Shown here piece by piece: positions 9,860-19,404 of a DNA stretch of 64,000 bases (positions are counted from its first letter, which is position 1; every line of letters starts with the position of its first letter). Both the position numbers and the translations under genes were made by a program. The stretch lies in assembly GCA_033723415.1 (NCBI GenBank), contig JAWVXD010000003.1, forward strand, positions 32,001-96,000, written 5' to 3'. This DNA is from Sulfurospirillaceae bacterium. Its GTDB lineage: Bacteria; Campylobacterota; Campylobacteria; Campylobacterales; Sulfurospirillaceae. The notes under the pieces were generated by a model. It saw only the letters and a list, made by a program, of their open reading frames with translations. It did not search any database and was not told where the DNA came from.

Positions 9860-10527
9860 TGTACTATCTCAGCATTTTTTATATTTATAGTTTTATCTAT
9901 AAGATCAAGATCAAAGAACAGTGGATCATGTGAGGCGATTATTATAGTGTTCTTGCCGTCTTTTAATTTTCTTAGTATATCTATAAATTCTATAGAAAGT
10001 TTTTTGTCAAGATTTGCCGTGGGCTCATCGGCAATGATAATAGAGGGATTATTGACCAAAGCTCTGGCGATCGCTACTCTTTGTTGTTCACCTCCTGATA
10101 AATTTTTAGCTAAGATATTCATCTTTGGGAGAATAGAAAATTTTTTAAATAATTCATTTAGATTCTCGTCTAAGCTTTTTGTATCAGGGTTTGATGGAAT
10201 CAGAGGTACTATTACATTTTCTTTTGCACTGAGCGTTGGTATGAGATTGAATTTTTGAAATATAAATCCAATATTTTCTCTCCTGAACATAGATGTAAAA
10301 TTATCACTAAGCTTCGAAATCCTTTTTTGATTTACCAATACTTCACCGCTTGTAGGTTTGCTTAGCGCTGCAATGAGCGATAAGATAGTGCTTTTACCAC
10401 TACCGCTGGGTCCTTCCAATAGAACAATTTCTCCTTTTTTTATATGTAAATTTATATTTTTTAGAGCCGTTATCTCATCTTTGTTCTCTAAGATAAATGT
10501 TTTTGTCACATCTTTAAATTCTATCAT
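9850..10527 (-). CDS. ABC transporter ATP-binding protein (LolD/MacB-type)
   Basis: GPSGSGKS, GFIFQKFNLIP, LSGGEQQRVAIARAL, ADEPTANLD; likely start MIEFKDV at 10527. Confidence 0.92.
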   Translation of the reverse strand: MIEFKDVTKTFILENKDEITALKNINLHIKKGEIVLLEGPSGSGKSTILSLIAALSKPTSGEVLVNQKRISKLSDNFTSMFRRENIGFIFQKFNLIPTLSAKENVIVPLIPSNPDTKSLDENLNELFKKFSILPKMNILAKNLSGGEQQRVAIARALVNNPSIIIADEPTANLDKKLSIEFIDILRKLKDGKNTIIIASHDPLFFDLDLIDKTINIKNAEIVQCF

Positions 10528-11711
10528 CTCATAACCTCGTCTGCATCCATAGATGCTACTCTCCATGAAGGAACGATAGTAGCGGCTATATAGATTGGAA
10601 CTGTGAGAAAGAATATTATAGAAAACGTTTGAAAGTTAAAACTAAAAGGCAAGATAAAATTTGGTTTTAAAGTCGAGTAGCCTATAAAGATATCTCTTAA
10701 TAATGGGGCATTTAAAAAAAACACATAAAATAACGACGCACAAAAAGCGGTGGCAAAAGAAAGAAATGAAATGACAAATGCTTCATAGAATTTTTCTTTT
10801 AATATATCATCTACTCTCCATCCGACTGCTTTTAAAATACCGATTTCTTTTTTCTCTTCAGAGCTTAAACCGCTGGCTTTATCATAGATGATCATAAAAA
10901 ATGTAAAGCCGCTTATGACAAAAAGAGCCAAGAAGAGTCCACTTTTATAATCAAATATATTTTGATAACTGATCACTAGATCTTCCTTTGTGATAACTCT
11001 GCAATCTGGGAACATTTGACTGATTTTCTTGGCAATATTAGGGATTTCTACCGGATTTGCGACTCTTAATACTATATCAGTGGCCTCACTGTCTTTCATC
11101 CCGAATATTTCCAAAACTTTTTGTTTTGGCATCAATATAACATCATTTGATTCTAATCTTGTGTCGCCTTTAAATACTCCGCCTATGTTCATCTTTATGA
11201 AATCTCCATCAGGCTTGATAAAGTTAAAATAACCGCTGTAATAGTTACTTTCTAATATCTTTTTAACGCCTTGTCCAACAAGCATCTGTGATTTGTCCTG
11301 CATATTTGAAAAATCGAATTTATCTACTAGTTCACTGTAAGATTTTTTATATTGGTCATCAAAACTGTCTATTCCTATGACTGAAAAATTAACTCCTGCC
11401 TTTGCAAAATAGTAATATCCCCAGATCCTTGGAATAGCCTTACTGACGCCTTCTATAGATATCAGTTTATCTATCCTAGATATCGGAATATTTACCTGTC
11501 TACCTGCTATAAGCCTTTGTACAGTAATATCAGGTAAAGCATCAACGGTCTTATCTAATTCGCTTTTTATTGAGTTGGATATAAAAAGAACTGAACTCAG
11601 TAAAAATATAAGTAAGGTAAATACAAAGAATATAAATATATTTTTTGCGCCTCTGCGAAATATTGATGAGAGAGCAAATTCAAGCAAGTGTATATTGAAT
11701 TTATTTTTCAA
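10524..11711 (-). CDS. ABC transporter permease (LolE/MacB/FtsX family)
   Basis: TM1, large periplasmic domain, then 3 TM; EIGILKAVGW and PSWRVAS motifs; TTG start at 11711 after AAGGA. Confidence 0.88.
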   Translation of the reverse strand: MKNKFNIHLLEFALSSIFRRGAKNIFIFFVFTLLIFLLSSVLFISNSIKSELDKTVDALPDITVQRLIAGRQVNIPISRIDKLISIEGVSKAIPRIWGYYYFAKAGVNFSVIGIDSFDDQYKKSYSELVDKFDFSNMQDKSQMLVGQGVKKILESNYYSGYFNFIKPDGDFIKMNIGGVFKGDTRLESNDVILMPKQKVLEIFGMKDSEATDIVLRVANPVEIPNIAKKISQMFPDCRVITKEDLVISYQNIFDYKSGLFLALFVISGFTFFMIIYDKASGLSSEEKKEIGILKAVGWRVDDILKEKFYEAFVISFLSFATAFCASLFYVFFLNAPLLRDIFIGYSTLKPNFILPFSFNFQTFSIIFFLTVPIYIAATIVPSWRVASMDADEVMR

Positions 11712-12012
11712 GTTCGATCCTTGAGGGGTTCTTTTTTTGAATTTGCGAATAATTGTACACGAAAGTTGATGGAAAATATTCACTTAATGTTGGAGCATTG
11801 CTAAATATAGAAAATAAGTCGCTAAGACTTCTATGCCTTACAAAATGTGCTTCAGTAGATAGAGACAGATCGCTCATACCCGTTTTTTCAACGAAGAGCC
11901 TTTTGATATCGGAATGATCGACTCTTGTCTCTAAATAAGTTATTTGAACCAATGTTAGGGCAATTATAGATATGGTAAAAATGAGAATTGAAAAACTATA
12001 AATCTTTACCAT
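11701..12012 (-). CDS. Small hypothetical membrane-anchored protein
   Basis: 103 aa with N-terminal TM; overlaps the permease start, so operonic. Confidence 0.65.
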   Translation of the reverse strand: MVKIYSFSILIFTISIIALTLVQITYLETRVDHSDIKRLFVEKTGMSDLSLSTEAHFVRHRSLSDLFSIFSNAPTLSEYFPSTFVYNYSQIQKKNPSRIELEK

Positions 12013-12026
12013 ATTTAGCCCACTTT

Positions 12027-12494
12027 CTACATATCTAAGTATTTGATAAGTCCAACAGTCATCTTGCTATACGGTAAAATTCTGCTTCCGCCGTATTTTA
12101 ATTCAAAAAGTTTTGCGCTATTTTGATCTTTTAACGGGATAAGATCATCACCGTGAGGGCCTACTAATCTGCTCCCAAAAACGAACAGAGCATCTTTTGC
12201 ATTTAAAACATCACCTGTTATATAATCTTGCACGTACATAGCTGCGATTTTTGATCTCATTAGTTTATGATCTAAAAAATATTTTTGATGGTAATATACT
12301 TGTAACATTGATTTTACCGACACAAACTGTATAACAGTGCCGTCTTTTAATTTTGCTTCACAAATAAACTTTTGAAATTTTTTAAGTGGTACCTGATATA
12401 CTATATCTTTTGCATTTTGGTCCAATAATTTCATTTGTGCTGCAAACAGACCTAAACTCAATAAACCGATAATCAAAATAATTTTTTTCAACAT
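12027..12494 (-). CDS. NosL-like periplasmic protein lacking CxxC
   Basis: Signal peptide MLKKIILII...; FVSVKSM, YVQDY, AKDALFVFGS, GPHGDDLIP, KYGG NosL-fold motifs. Confidence 0.75.
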   Translation of the reverse strand: MLKKIILIIGLLSLGLFAAQMKLLDQNAKDIVYQVPLKKFQKFICEAKLKDGTVIQFVSVKSMLQVYYHQKYFLDHKLMRSKIAAMYVQDYITGDVLNAKDALFVFGSRLVGPHGDDLIPLKDQNSAKLFELKYGGSRILPYSKMTVGLIKYLDM

Positions 12495-12502
12495 AACCCT
12501 CT

Positions 12503-13330
12503 TTACAATAGATCTTTTTTCTTGAATGCAAGATAGCCCAAGAATGAAAATAATAATCCTATAATTATAGGATAACAAATTGAATATACCATTAATACAT
12601 TCGCTCCCAGCGTATCTAGCAAATAATATGCTACCGGTCCTATGACCGTAAGTTCCGGGTCAAATAAGGAAATGGCTCCGATTCTGAAAACTTCAATAGG
12701 ATTCAGTAAAGCTATACTTATTATAAGACCGTCACTTATGCTACCTTGAAGCATCAAGCCAATAAGTGCTATATCTATAAATGCCAACAAGATGATCCAT
12801 ACCGCAAATGAGCTCCCGACTGCTATATCTGTTGATTTTACGACAGAAGATATAAAAAATGCTATACCTAAAAATATAAAACACATAGAAAACAAAAGAG
12901 CGCTATATAATGCGATCATATTCCAGGGCAGATTTCCGCCTTTAATGATTCCAAAGATAACGCCTAAAATAAGGGCAAAGATGATAGGTAAAAAAACTGT
13001 AGAAAATCGCCCTATCATTTTGCCCCAGTAGTAATGTTTTAGTGAAATCGGAAAAGACAGCATATACTCTAGCACATTGCTCTCTCTATCTCCAACTATA
13101 GACTTGACCGTTGTTATTAATATAAAAATAGGCAGTATTATAATGGTAACTTGTATAAAAACCAAAAGTAATCTGCTAAGACCGGTAAATCCCATAACTA
13201 CAGAATCAGATATTCCCGAGATAAAGAACAGTGCCATTATCCCTCCAAACACAAGCGCATATACATAGAACCATTTGGATCTTAGGGATTCTTTTATATC
13301 TAAGTATGCCACTAAACATAGATTTTTCAT
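12503..13330 (-). CDS. nosY: NosY ABC permease
   Basis: 6-TM ABC-2-type permease (GDRESNVLEYMLSFP, LLNPIEVFR) in nos cluster. Confidence 0.88.
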   Translation of the reverse strand: MKNLCLVAYLDIKESLRSKWFYVYALVFGGIMALFFISGISDSVVMGFTGLSRLLLVFIQVTIIILPIFILITTVKSIVGDRESNVLEYMLSFPISLKHYYWGKMIGRFSTVFLPIIFALILGVIFGIIKGGNLPWNMIALYSALLFSMCFIFLGIAFFISSVVKSTDIAVGSSFAVWIILLAFIDIALIGLMLQGSISDGLIISIALLNPIEVFRIGAISLFDPELTVIGPVAYYLLDTLGANVLMVYSICYPIIIGLLFSFLGYLAFKKKDLL

Positions 13331-13812
13331 TGTTTTCTCATTTCTTTTAATTTTTGCATATTTAATTTTTCAATTTTGTATACTATTTTCTTGGCTTTGG
13401 CAAAATCAATTGTCTTCGAATTCTTTGGCACGTCTTCTTTTGAATATGCAGCAATTCCATATGCCATAGGAGTTATGCTCTCATCTGTATAATATGCTTT
13501 TCTTGCATTGATCCATTTGCCGTTCTTTGCATCGCTTACCCACAAAACAGCATCATCTATCCAAGAGATCTTTGTCTCGCCCATCCATAGAAGACCACAA
13601 CCTATATCATCAAATTTGTATACTTTCCCATTGTGAGGATTGACTACTTCAAATGCATATTTACGCTCACTGATTGCCATTTTACATCTTTGACAAACAT
13701 CTCTATCCCAGTGAATTTTTACAGGATCAGTTGCTATTTTATCTTTTTGACAACCGGCAAAAAACATGCCTATAGATAATAATAACAAAGAGAATAATTT
13801 AAATTTTTTCAT
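13327..13812 (-). CDS. nosL: NosL copper-chaperone lipoprotein
   Basis: Lipobox FAGC; CQRCKMAI, FDDIGC, TPMAYG; likely ATG at 13812. Confidence 0.9.
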   Translation of the reverse strand: MKKFKLFSLLLLSIGMFFAGCQKDKIATDPVKIHWDRDVCQRCKMAISERKYAFEVVNPHNGKVYKFDDIGCGLLWMGETKISWIDDAVLWVSDAKNGKWINARKAYYTDESITPMAYGIAAYSKEDVPKNSKTIDFAKAKKIVYKIEKLNMQKLKEMRKQ

Positions 13813-14440
13813 CTTCGACAACCTTGCCTAATTCCATATAAATCTGCCTGTTTACAAGATCTTTTATCTCATCCAATCGGTGTGTGATAAAAAGAGTAGA
13901 ACATGAGTCATTCAGTCCAAGTAAAAGATTATAAAAGTGTTCCCTTGCCTTTGGATCCAAATTTGCCGTTGGTTCGTCAAAGATCAAGAGTGAGCTGTTC
14001 TTTGAAAGTGCTATAGCTATTAGAAGTTTTTGTTTCATGCCGCCTGAAAGTTTAAAGAACTGTTTGTTTAGATTGCTTTTTAAATCAAGATCCATTTTGC
14101 TTGCCTCTTCAAAAATCATCTCTTTGGAGATATTTGAACTTTTGACTATAAAAGATATCATCTCTTCAAGATTTAGTTTGATCGGAGGTGGAAGTTGTGG
14201 TATAAAACTTATATTGTTTAATACTTCGACCCTTTGTTTGATCGGATCATAGCCATTAACGTTGATCTTGCCTTTATCTATATGGTAAAATCCTAAGATT
14301 GCTCTTATTAGTGTCGTTTTACCGGCACCGTTTGGTCCCATCATAGCGATCTTATCTCCACTATTGATATCTAGAGATACATTATCTAGGACGTTTTCTC
14401 CCATAAACTTTTTATATACGTTTTGAACTGTTACTAACAT
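13799..14440 (-). CDS. nosF: NosF ABC ATPase
   Basis: GPNGAGKTT, LSGGMKQKL, DEPTANLD; position in nos cluster. Confidence 0.88.
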   Translation of the reverse strand: MLVTVQNVYKKFMGENVLDNVSLDINSGDKIAMMGPNGAGKTTLIRAILGFYHIDKGKINVNGYDPIKQRVEVLNNISFIPQLPPPIKLNLEEMISFIVKSSNISKEMIFEEASKMDLDLKSNLNKQFFKLSGGMKQKLLIAIALSKNSSLLIFDEPTANLDPKAREHFYNLLLGLNDSCSTLFITHRLDEIKDLVNRQIYMELGKVVEDEKI

Positions 14441-14441
14441 T

Positions 14442-15353
14442 TTACACCAAATCTTTCAATCTAAAATCTACATTATAGGCATCTACATGACAGACGTCTA
14501 AACATCGTCCGCAAAGTATGCAGTCACCGTTTTTTATATACTCTGTTCGTTTATCTTTTGCCGCTCTGTCTTTATCATATTTAGGTTTTATAAATTCTAA
14601 AACATGATCTTCAGGACATACCGCTATACAGGCAGAACAGTGGTCGCATTTATTCATATCCCATTTGATCCTTGTTAATCCGATCCAACCTACCAAGTTA
14701 TAAGTTGTACCTACAGGACAAATATATTTGCACCATCCTCGTCTAGAGTAAAAGATTTCAAACAGCAATACAACCAATACCCATACTAATGCAAGACTCC
14801 AACCGTAGGCTATAAAACGGCTGATTATGCCTATAGGGTTTATCACTTCAAAGACCAGATAACCGTCTATGAATGCTGCTAATAAAAAAACTATCCAAAA
14901 GAAAAACCTGATACGATAATCAAATTTTCTCTCTTTTATGATTTTTTTACTTACTAGTTTCAGGTGAATCCGTTCACCTATTTCACTTAGTAAGCCATAT
15001 GGGCATACCCAAGCACAATATGCTTTTCCACCAACGAAAAAATAAAATATCAGCAAGGTTAAACTTCCTATGATGACGTTGATATGCATCCCATGATCGC
15101 TAGCAAAAATCTCCAAAGCAGTAAAAGGATCGATCAGATGAAATCCTAAAAGCCTTGATCCGTTAAGAGTACCTTCCAAGATCTGAATATCTATGTGAAA
15201 AGACAGAAAAAATAGCAAGTTGATGATTATGATACTGATCCATCTCCATCCACGCCATGAGAGTCTGGTCTTGCCATCCTTATTTTTACTTATGAAAGTT
15301 GAAAAAAAAGAAGCATTTACCAACTCTCTGACGCTTCCGCTATATCTATTCAT
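14442..15353 (-). CDS. nosH: NosH (NapH-family) quinol dehydrogenase membrane subunit
   Basis: CAWVCP and CKYICP motifs, two CxxCxxCxxxC ferredoxin motifs, 4 TM. Confidence 0.92.
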   Translation of the reverse strand: MNRYSGSVRELVNASFFSTFISKNKDGKTRLSWRGWRWISIIIINLLFFLSFHIDIQILEGTLNGSRLLGFHLIDPFTALEIFASDHGMHINVIIGSLTLLIFYFFVGGKAYCAWVCPYGLLSEIGERIHLKLVSKKIIKERKFDYRIRFFFWIVFLLAAFIDGYLVFEVINPIGIISRFIAYGWSLALVWVLVVLLFEIFYSRRGWCKYICPVGTTYNLVGWIGLTRIKWDMNKCDHCSACIAVCPEDHVLEFIKPKYDKDRAAKDKRTEYIKNGDCILCGRCLDVCHVDAYNVDFRLKDLV

Positions 15354-15365
15354 CTCGTTGCCTTT

Positions 15366-15887
15366 TTATTGTTTTACTGCATCAAGTTTTTCTTTAAATG
15401 AGCTGATCTCTGTTGCAAGTTTTACAAGTTGATCATCGTTTAAATTTCCTAGTAAGCCATACATGACATAATTTTTTCTTTTCCCACTTTTAAAATCTTT
15501 GAGATTCTTTAAAATAAACTCTTTTGACCTGCCGATTAACCTTGGTCCGATTATGCCCTCTCCAATAGATCCATGACAAGATGAACAGTTTTTCTTGTAT
15601 AGTGGACTGACATTGAAAGCAGCAATATTGCCGGCTTTATCTTTGAGAGCTTTTAACTTGTCATCCATTTCATTATTTTGTTGTTTCTTAACCGTCTTAG
15701 TTGACTCTTCTTTTGCAATCTCTTGTTTCAATTCCTTTTTGTCGCTGAGTTTGACTTCGATCCTGCTTTTCTCTATCAAAGAGGCAATGGTATCCATTTT
15801 GTTTACTTCTTTGTCAGAATTATACATATATACGCATGCTACCAAAGCCAAAAGAGTAGAAATCCCAGCTATTATATGTTTTATCAT
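15366..15887 (-). CDS. nosC2: Monoheme cytochrome c NosC2
   Basis: CSSCH, GPRL, NYVM; N-terminal anchor; position between nosC1 and nosH. Confidence 0.85.
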   Translation of the reverse strand: MIKHIIAGISTLLALVACVYMYNSDKEVNKMDTIASLIEKSRIEVKLSDKKELKQEIAKEESTKTVKKQQNNEMDDKLKALKDKAGNIAAFNVSPLYKKNCSSCHGSIGEGIIGPRLIGRSKEFILKNLKDFKSGKRKNYVMYGLLGNLNDDQLVKLATEISSFKEKLDAVKQ

Positions 15888-16477
15888 TTCGCGATCCTCA
15901 TTTTTTGTATTTGTTTATTAAAGTCTGCAATTTCACCTGCAATATGTTCAAGCTTTTTATTATCTATTTGCTCAACAAGCTCTTTCATCAGAACATTTTT
16001 TTTCTTGCCTGTTTTAAAGTCGATAATCCTTTGATATATAAAATGTTTGTCCTTGCCAAGTAAAGAAGGACCGATGACACCGTTTGCATAATCATCATGA
16101 CAAGGTGAACATTTGATAATATAATCTTTGCTAAGACGTTTTATCATCATAGTTATTCTAACTTTTTCATATGGTGATTTTACATTAAGATATGCATCGA
16201 TCGTTGTTTTTGTTTTTGATGTTTCTTGATTATATGTCTTGATCTCTTTGGATTCACTTGATTGACCTTCTTTATTGTAAGAGTAGTAAAACTGCCCGCT
16301 ATTTTCTTTTGAGACTTCTTTCGTATCATCTTTTTTTACTACATTCTTTGTAACTTTTATTTTTGTTGTCACTGTTTCTTGTTTCGAATTTTCTTTTTTC
16401 TTTTCTTTGTCTCCGCATCCGTTAAATAGTAAGACTATAGAAACTATAGATGCAAGCAATATGGTTTTAGTTTTCAT
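15884..16477 (-). CDS. nosC1: Monoheme cytochrome c NosC1 (lipoprotein)
   Basis: Lipobox-like FNGC; CSPCH, GPSL, NVLM. Confidence 0.85.
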   Translation of the reverse strand: MKTKTILLASIVSIVLLFNGCGDKEKKKENSKQETVTTKIKVTKNVVKKDDTKEVSKENSGQFYYSYNKEGQSSESKEIKTYNQETSKTKTTIDAYLNVKSPYEKVRITMMIKRLSKDYIIKCSPCHDDYANGVIGPSLLGKDKHFIYQRIIDFKTGKKKNVLMKELVEQIDNKKLEHIAGEIADFNKQIQKMRIAK

Positions 16478-17259
16478 TTGTTACCTTTCTTGTAAACACT
16501 GGCGTAATCTTCTCGTGGTATGATCTTTAGCACATTGGTTGGACATAATTCTACGCAAACCCCACATCCAACACACGCTTCTCTTATATCAGGAATCAAC
16601 CCTCCATCCTTTTTTATCAAGCCTATTGCATCACTTGGATTAGTATATGGACACAAACTGGCACAAATTGTGCATGGCTCATTACGTAATTTATCTAATT
16701 TTGTTAAAACTTTTTTTTGTAGTTTTATCTTCTCCTTTTCACTATCTGAGATCTGTATTTTCCTCGTTTTGTGTTCTTCAGACGTAAGTACTTTTGTATG
16801 ATCATAGATCCTGTCTATTGCACTGTCTGGAACTTTTTCATTCTTTAACGCTAGACAAGCCTGCATGTTTGAGACTACGGCAATGCCCATTTTGACGTAT
16901 TTTATATTGTCATGTTCATGATCCAATGCTCCGGTTGGACAAGCCAGCATGCAAGGGAAAGCATCGCATAGATAGCATCCTCTTTTTCTAGGATCTATAT
17001 ATGCCATACCAATACTTGCTCCACCGTCTACGTCTTCTAGTTCAATAGCATCATAAGGACAGACTTGCAGGCATTGTCCACATTTAATACATAGTTTTAA
17101 AAAGTCTTCTTCCTTGACTGCCCCCGGCGGTCTAAGTCTTGGGGTACTCGCTTTTAGCTTGGGAGCAAAGTATATACCTGCTCCGCTCGCTAATCCCAAA
17201 ACACCAAGCCCTGCAATTTTTCTTATAAAATCTCTTCGTTTTTTATCATCTGGGCTCAA
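16474..17259 (-). CDS. nosG: NosG (NapG-family) periplasmic polyferredoxin
   Basis: Tat motif RRDFIR, LRPPGA, four Cys clusters (CIKCGQCLQVCP ... CVGCGVCVELCP). Confidence 0.92.
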   Translation of the reverse strand: MSPDDKKRRDFIRKIAGLGVLGLASGAGIYFAPKLKASTPRLRPPGAVKEEDFLKLCIKCGQCLQVCPYDAIELEDVDGGASIGMAYIDPRKRGCYLCDAFPCMLACPTGALDHEHDNIKYVKMGIAVVSNMQACLALKNEKVPDSAIDRIYDHTKVLTSEEHKTRKIQISDSEKEKIKLQKKVLTKLDKLRNEPCTICASLCPYTNPSDAIGLIKKDGGLIPDIREACVGCGVCVELCPTNVLKIIPREDYASVYKKGNK

Positions 17260-18476
17260 AGTGTGCCTCCTATCTTAGTCTTTGGATGTTTATCAACAGC
17301 CAATACTACAGGCTCAGACAATGGCGCTAGTTTGGCTAAAAAATTGATAATAGTAATAATAGGCGAACCGTAAAAGAATTTTACACTGGGATTGAAAAGC
17401 CACATCTTATCTGCATAATATTTTTCTACGTGAGGAGTATCTCCTATACCGTCTTTATTCTTGTCAAATCCCTGATAATCATCCCAATAGTTGCCATCCC
17501 ATGTGTTGAGGTTCACTTTTGCATTATAGGAGTCATTTATGACATTTTCTATATTCCCTTTGATAATATTATTTTTGAAAATATTTGCAATACTCAAAGA
17601 ATGAAAAGCAACTGCCACACTATTGTATAAAAGTTTGTTATTCTTAATGTAATTATGCGTACCCGGCTGGAAAGGAGATCTATCAAGATAAAAACCTCTC
17701 GCACAATAAATCATAGTATTGTTTTCAATTGTAAAATTTGATGCATCTTTCAAACCGATACCAAGTCCGGTTGTACCTAGTGAGTTTTCAATCACATTTC
17801 CCGTTGCTATGGTATCTTGAGAGTACATAAAAAATATACCTACACTATTGTGTTTGAAAGTATTATTCTTGACTATATTTTTGCCTGTATACATAAAATG
17901 CAACGAATATCTGCAATATTCGCCGTAATTTTTTTCTATTAGATTTCCATGGCTATACCAAACAACAAAATCTCTAGATTTGATAATGCGATTTTTTCTG
18001 ATTAAATTATCATTGCTGTACCATAATCTTATGGCATCTCCTCTGAGGCCGAGACTGAAAGGTTTTGAAGTTATATAATTATCTGCAATCACGCATTTGC
18101 TTGATTGTCTGACATCTACCCCAAATAAAACATCTAGAAGTTTACAGTTTATCACTTTAGTATGTTTGACATTGTTCAAAAGAACTCCGGCATCAACTCT
18201 TTCATGTTCTTGTCCACTGTGTCTTATTGTAAGATTTTTCAACGTTACATACGAACTGGTGATTTTTATGACCGTACCGTTTCCATCGCCTTCAATGATA
18301 GCTTTATGATTTTGACCGTCTATTATGAGTGGCTTATTTATAACAATATTTCCTTTATATACTCCAGCAGGAAGTTCTAATAAAGAGCCTGCTTCTGCAT
18401 TGTCTATTGCATTTTGCAAGACATTTGCAGCAAATATAGGCAAAAAAGAAATAAAGATTATAAATAGTATTCTCAT
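17256..18476 (-). CDS. nosD: NosD maturation protein
   Basis: Beta-helix repeats, RGDAIRLW, RYSLHFMY, GNYWDDYQGFD..DGIGD; ATG at 18476 (alternative GTG at 18494). Confidence 0.95.
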   Translation of the reverse strand: MRILFIIFISFLPIFAANVLQNAIDNAEAGSLLELPAGVYKGNIVINKPLIIDGQNHKAIIEGDGNGTVIKITSSYVTLKNLTIRHSGQEHERVDAGVLLNNVKHTKVINCKLLDVLFGVDVRQSSKCVIADNYITSKPFSLGLRGDAIRLWYSNDNLIRKNRIIKSRDFVVWYSHGNLIEKNYGEYCRYSLHFMYTGKNIVKNNTFKHNSVGIFFMYSQDTIATGNVIENSLGTTGLGIGLKDASNFTIENNTMIYCARGFYLDRSPFQPGTHNYIKNNKLLYNSVAVAFHSLSIANIFKNNIIKGNIENVINDSYNAKVNLNTWDGNYWDDYQGFDKNKDGIGDTPHVEKYYADKMWLFNPSVKFFYGSPIITIINFLAKLAPLSEPVVLAVDKHPKTKIGGTL

Positions 18477-18480
18477 GATA

Positions 18481-19269
18481 TTACTTTTTATCACCCTCTA
18501 ATTTAAGAGCTTTGTTCCTTGAAACAATAGCAAGTAAGCTTAAAATGCTAATAGCTATTAATAACCAAAACCCTGTGGTTGGATACGAGTGTGTCGTAAA
18601 TTGGGCAACTTTCCCATCTCCAAAGACGGTAGGCGTAAACGGTTTGATCTTAAACGCACCCCATTCGTGCATATGATGTCCAAACCAATATAGCCAGTAT
18701 GAATAAAATCCCACGAATATGACAGGTAACGCAACAGGGATCAACATTAAAAAATTTAGTATTCTAGATTTGTATAACATAAATAAAATCATCAGTAAAG
18801 CAGTAAAAACCAGTGCATACGGAGCTAACATACGAAGATACGGAGCACCCCTATCCATAGGATCCATACCTATAAAGTGGTTGATCGTTTCCATCTCGAA
18901 AACATCACCGCTAAAACCGTCAAAATGGTAATAGACCGGAATTCCGTTTGGAAATGTTGCTTTTGGATAATTTGGAGCTTCAAGTGCAACGTACCAGATT
19001 GGTGTGGTAACTACTCCTATCTCCATATCTTCAGCTATAAGTTTTTTGAGATTATTTGCCATACTTTTAGGAGTAGTAGGACTTATATATTTACCCTTTC
19101 TGTAAAAATTCCAAACTTTTTCCGTTAGTGTTGAAATTTTGTCTCCTTTGCCTTCTTTCTTCATATCCACTACATTGTGTGTAAGTACTGCAGGTATGAC
19201 AAAAAAGTACAACAAGATTATAAGTGCCAGAAGAGAAAAAATTCTAGATTTTGTTAGAGAGCTATTCAT
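18481..19269 (-). CDS. nosB: NosB membrane protein of clade II nos clusters
   Basis: PIWYVALEAPNYP, INHFIGM, WLYWFGH, KVAQFTTHSYP; directly after nosZ. Confidence 0.9.
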   Translation of the reverse strand: MNSSLTKSRIFSLLALIILLYFFVIPAVLTHNVVDMKKEGKGDKISTLTEKVWNFYRKGKYISPTTPKSMANNLKKLIAEDMEIGVVTTPIWYVALEAPNYPKATFPNGIPVYYHFDGFSGDVFEMETINHFIGMDPMDRGAPYLRMLAPYALVFTALLMILFMLYKSRILNFLMLIPVALPVIFVGFYSYWLYWFGHHMHEWGAFKIKPFTPTVFGDGKVAQFTTHSYPTTGFWLLIAISILSLLAIVSRNKALKLEGDKK

Positions 19270-19310
19270 TTTTTTGCCTTATTTTAAATTTTTATTTTAA
19301 CTTTGAACAC

Positions 19311-19352
19311 ATTATATATGCAAAGTTAAAATAAAACAATGATATAAATCAA
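19311..19352 (-). promoter_or_regulatory. Putative Crp/Fnr(Nss)-activated internal promoter for nosB and downstream genes
   Basis: Minus strand TTGATTTATATCAT (19352-19339), 22 bp, then TATAAT (19316-19311). Confidence 0.65.
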
Positions 19353-19358
19353 GTATAT

Positions 19359-19391
19359 AAGGTGTCAAGATCGTTAAAATCTTGACACCTT
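19359..19391 (-). terminator. Stem-loop downstream of nosZ
   Basis: AAGGTGTCAAGAT-7 nt-ATCTTGACACCTT, perfect 13-bp stem 13 nt after the nosZ stop. Confidence 0.75.
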
Positions 19392-19404
19392 GCTTTGGAT
19401 TTGA

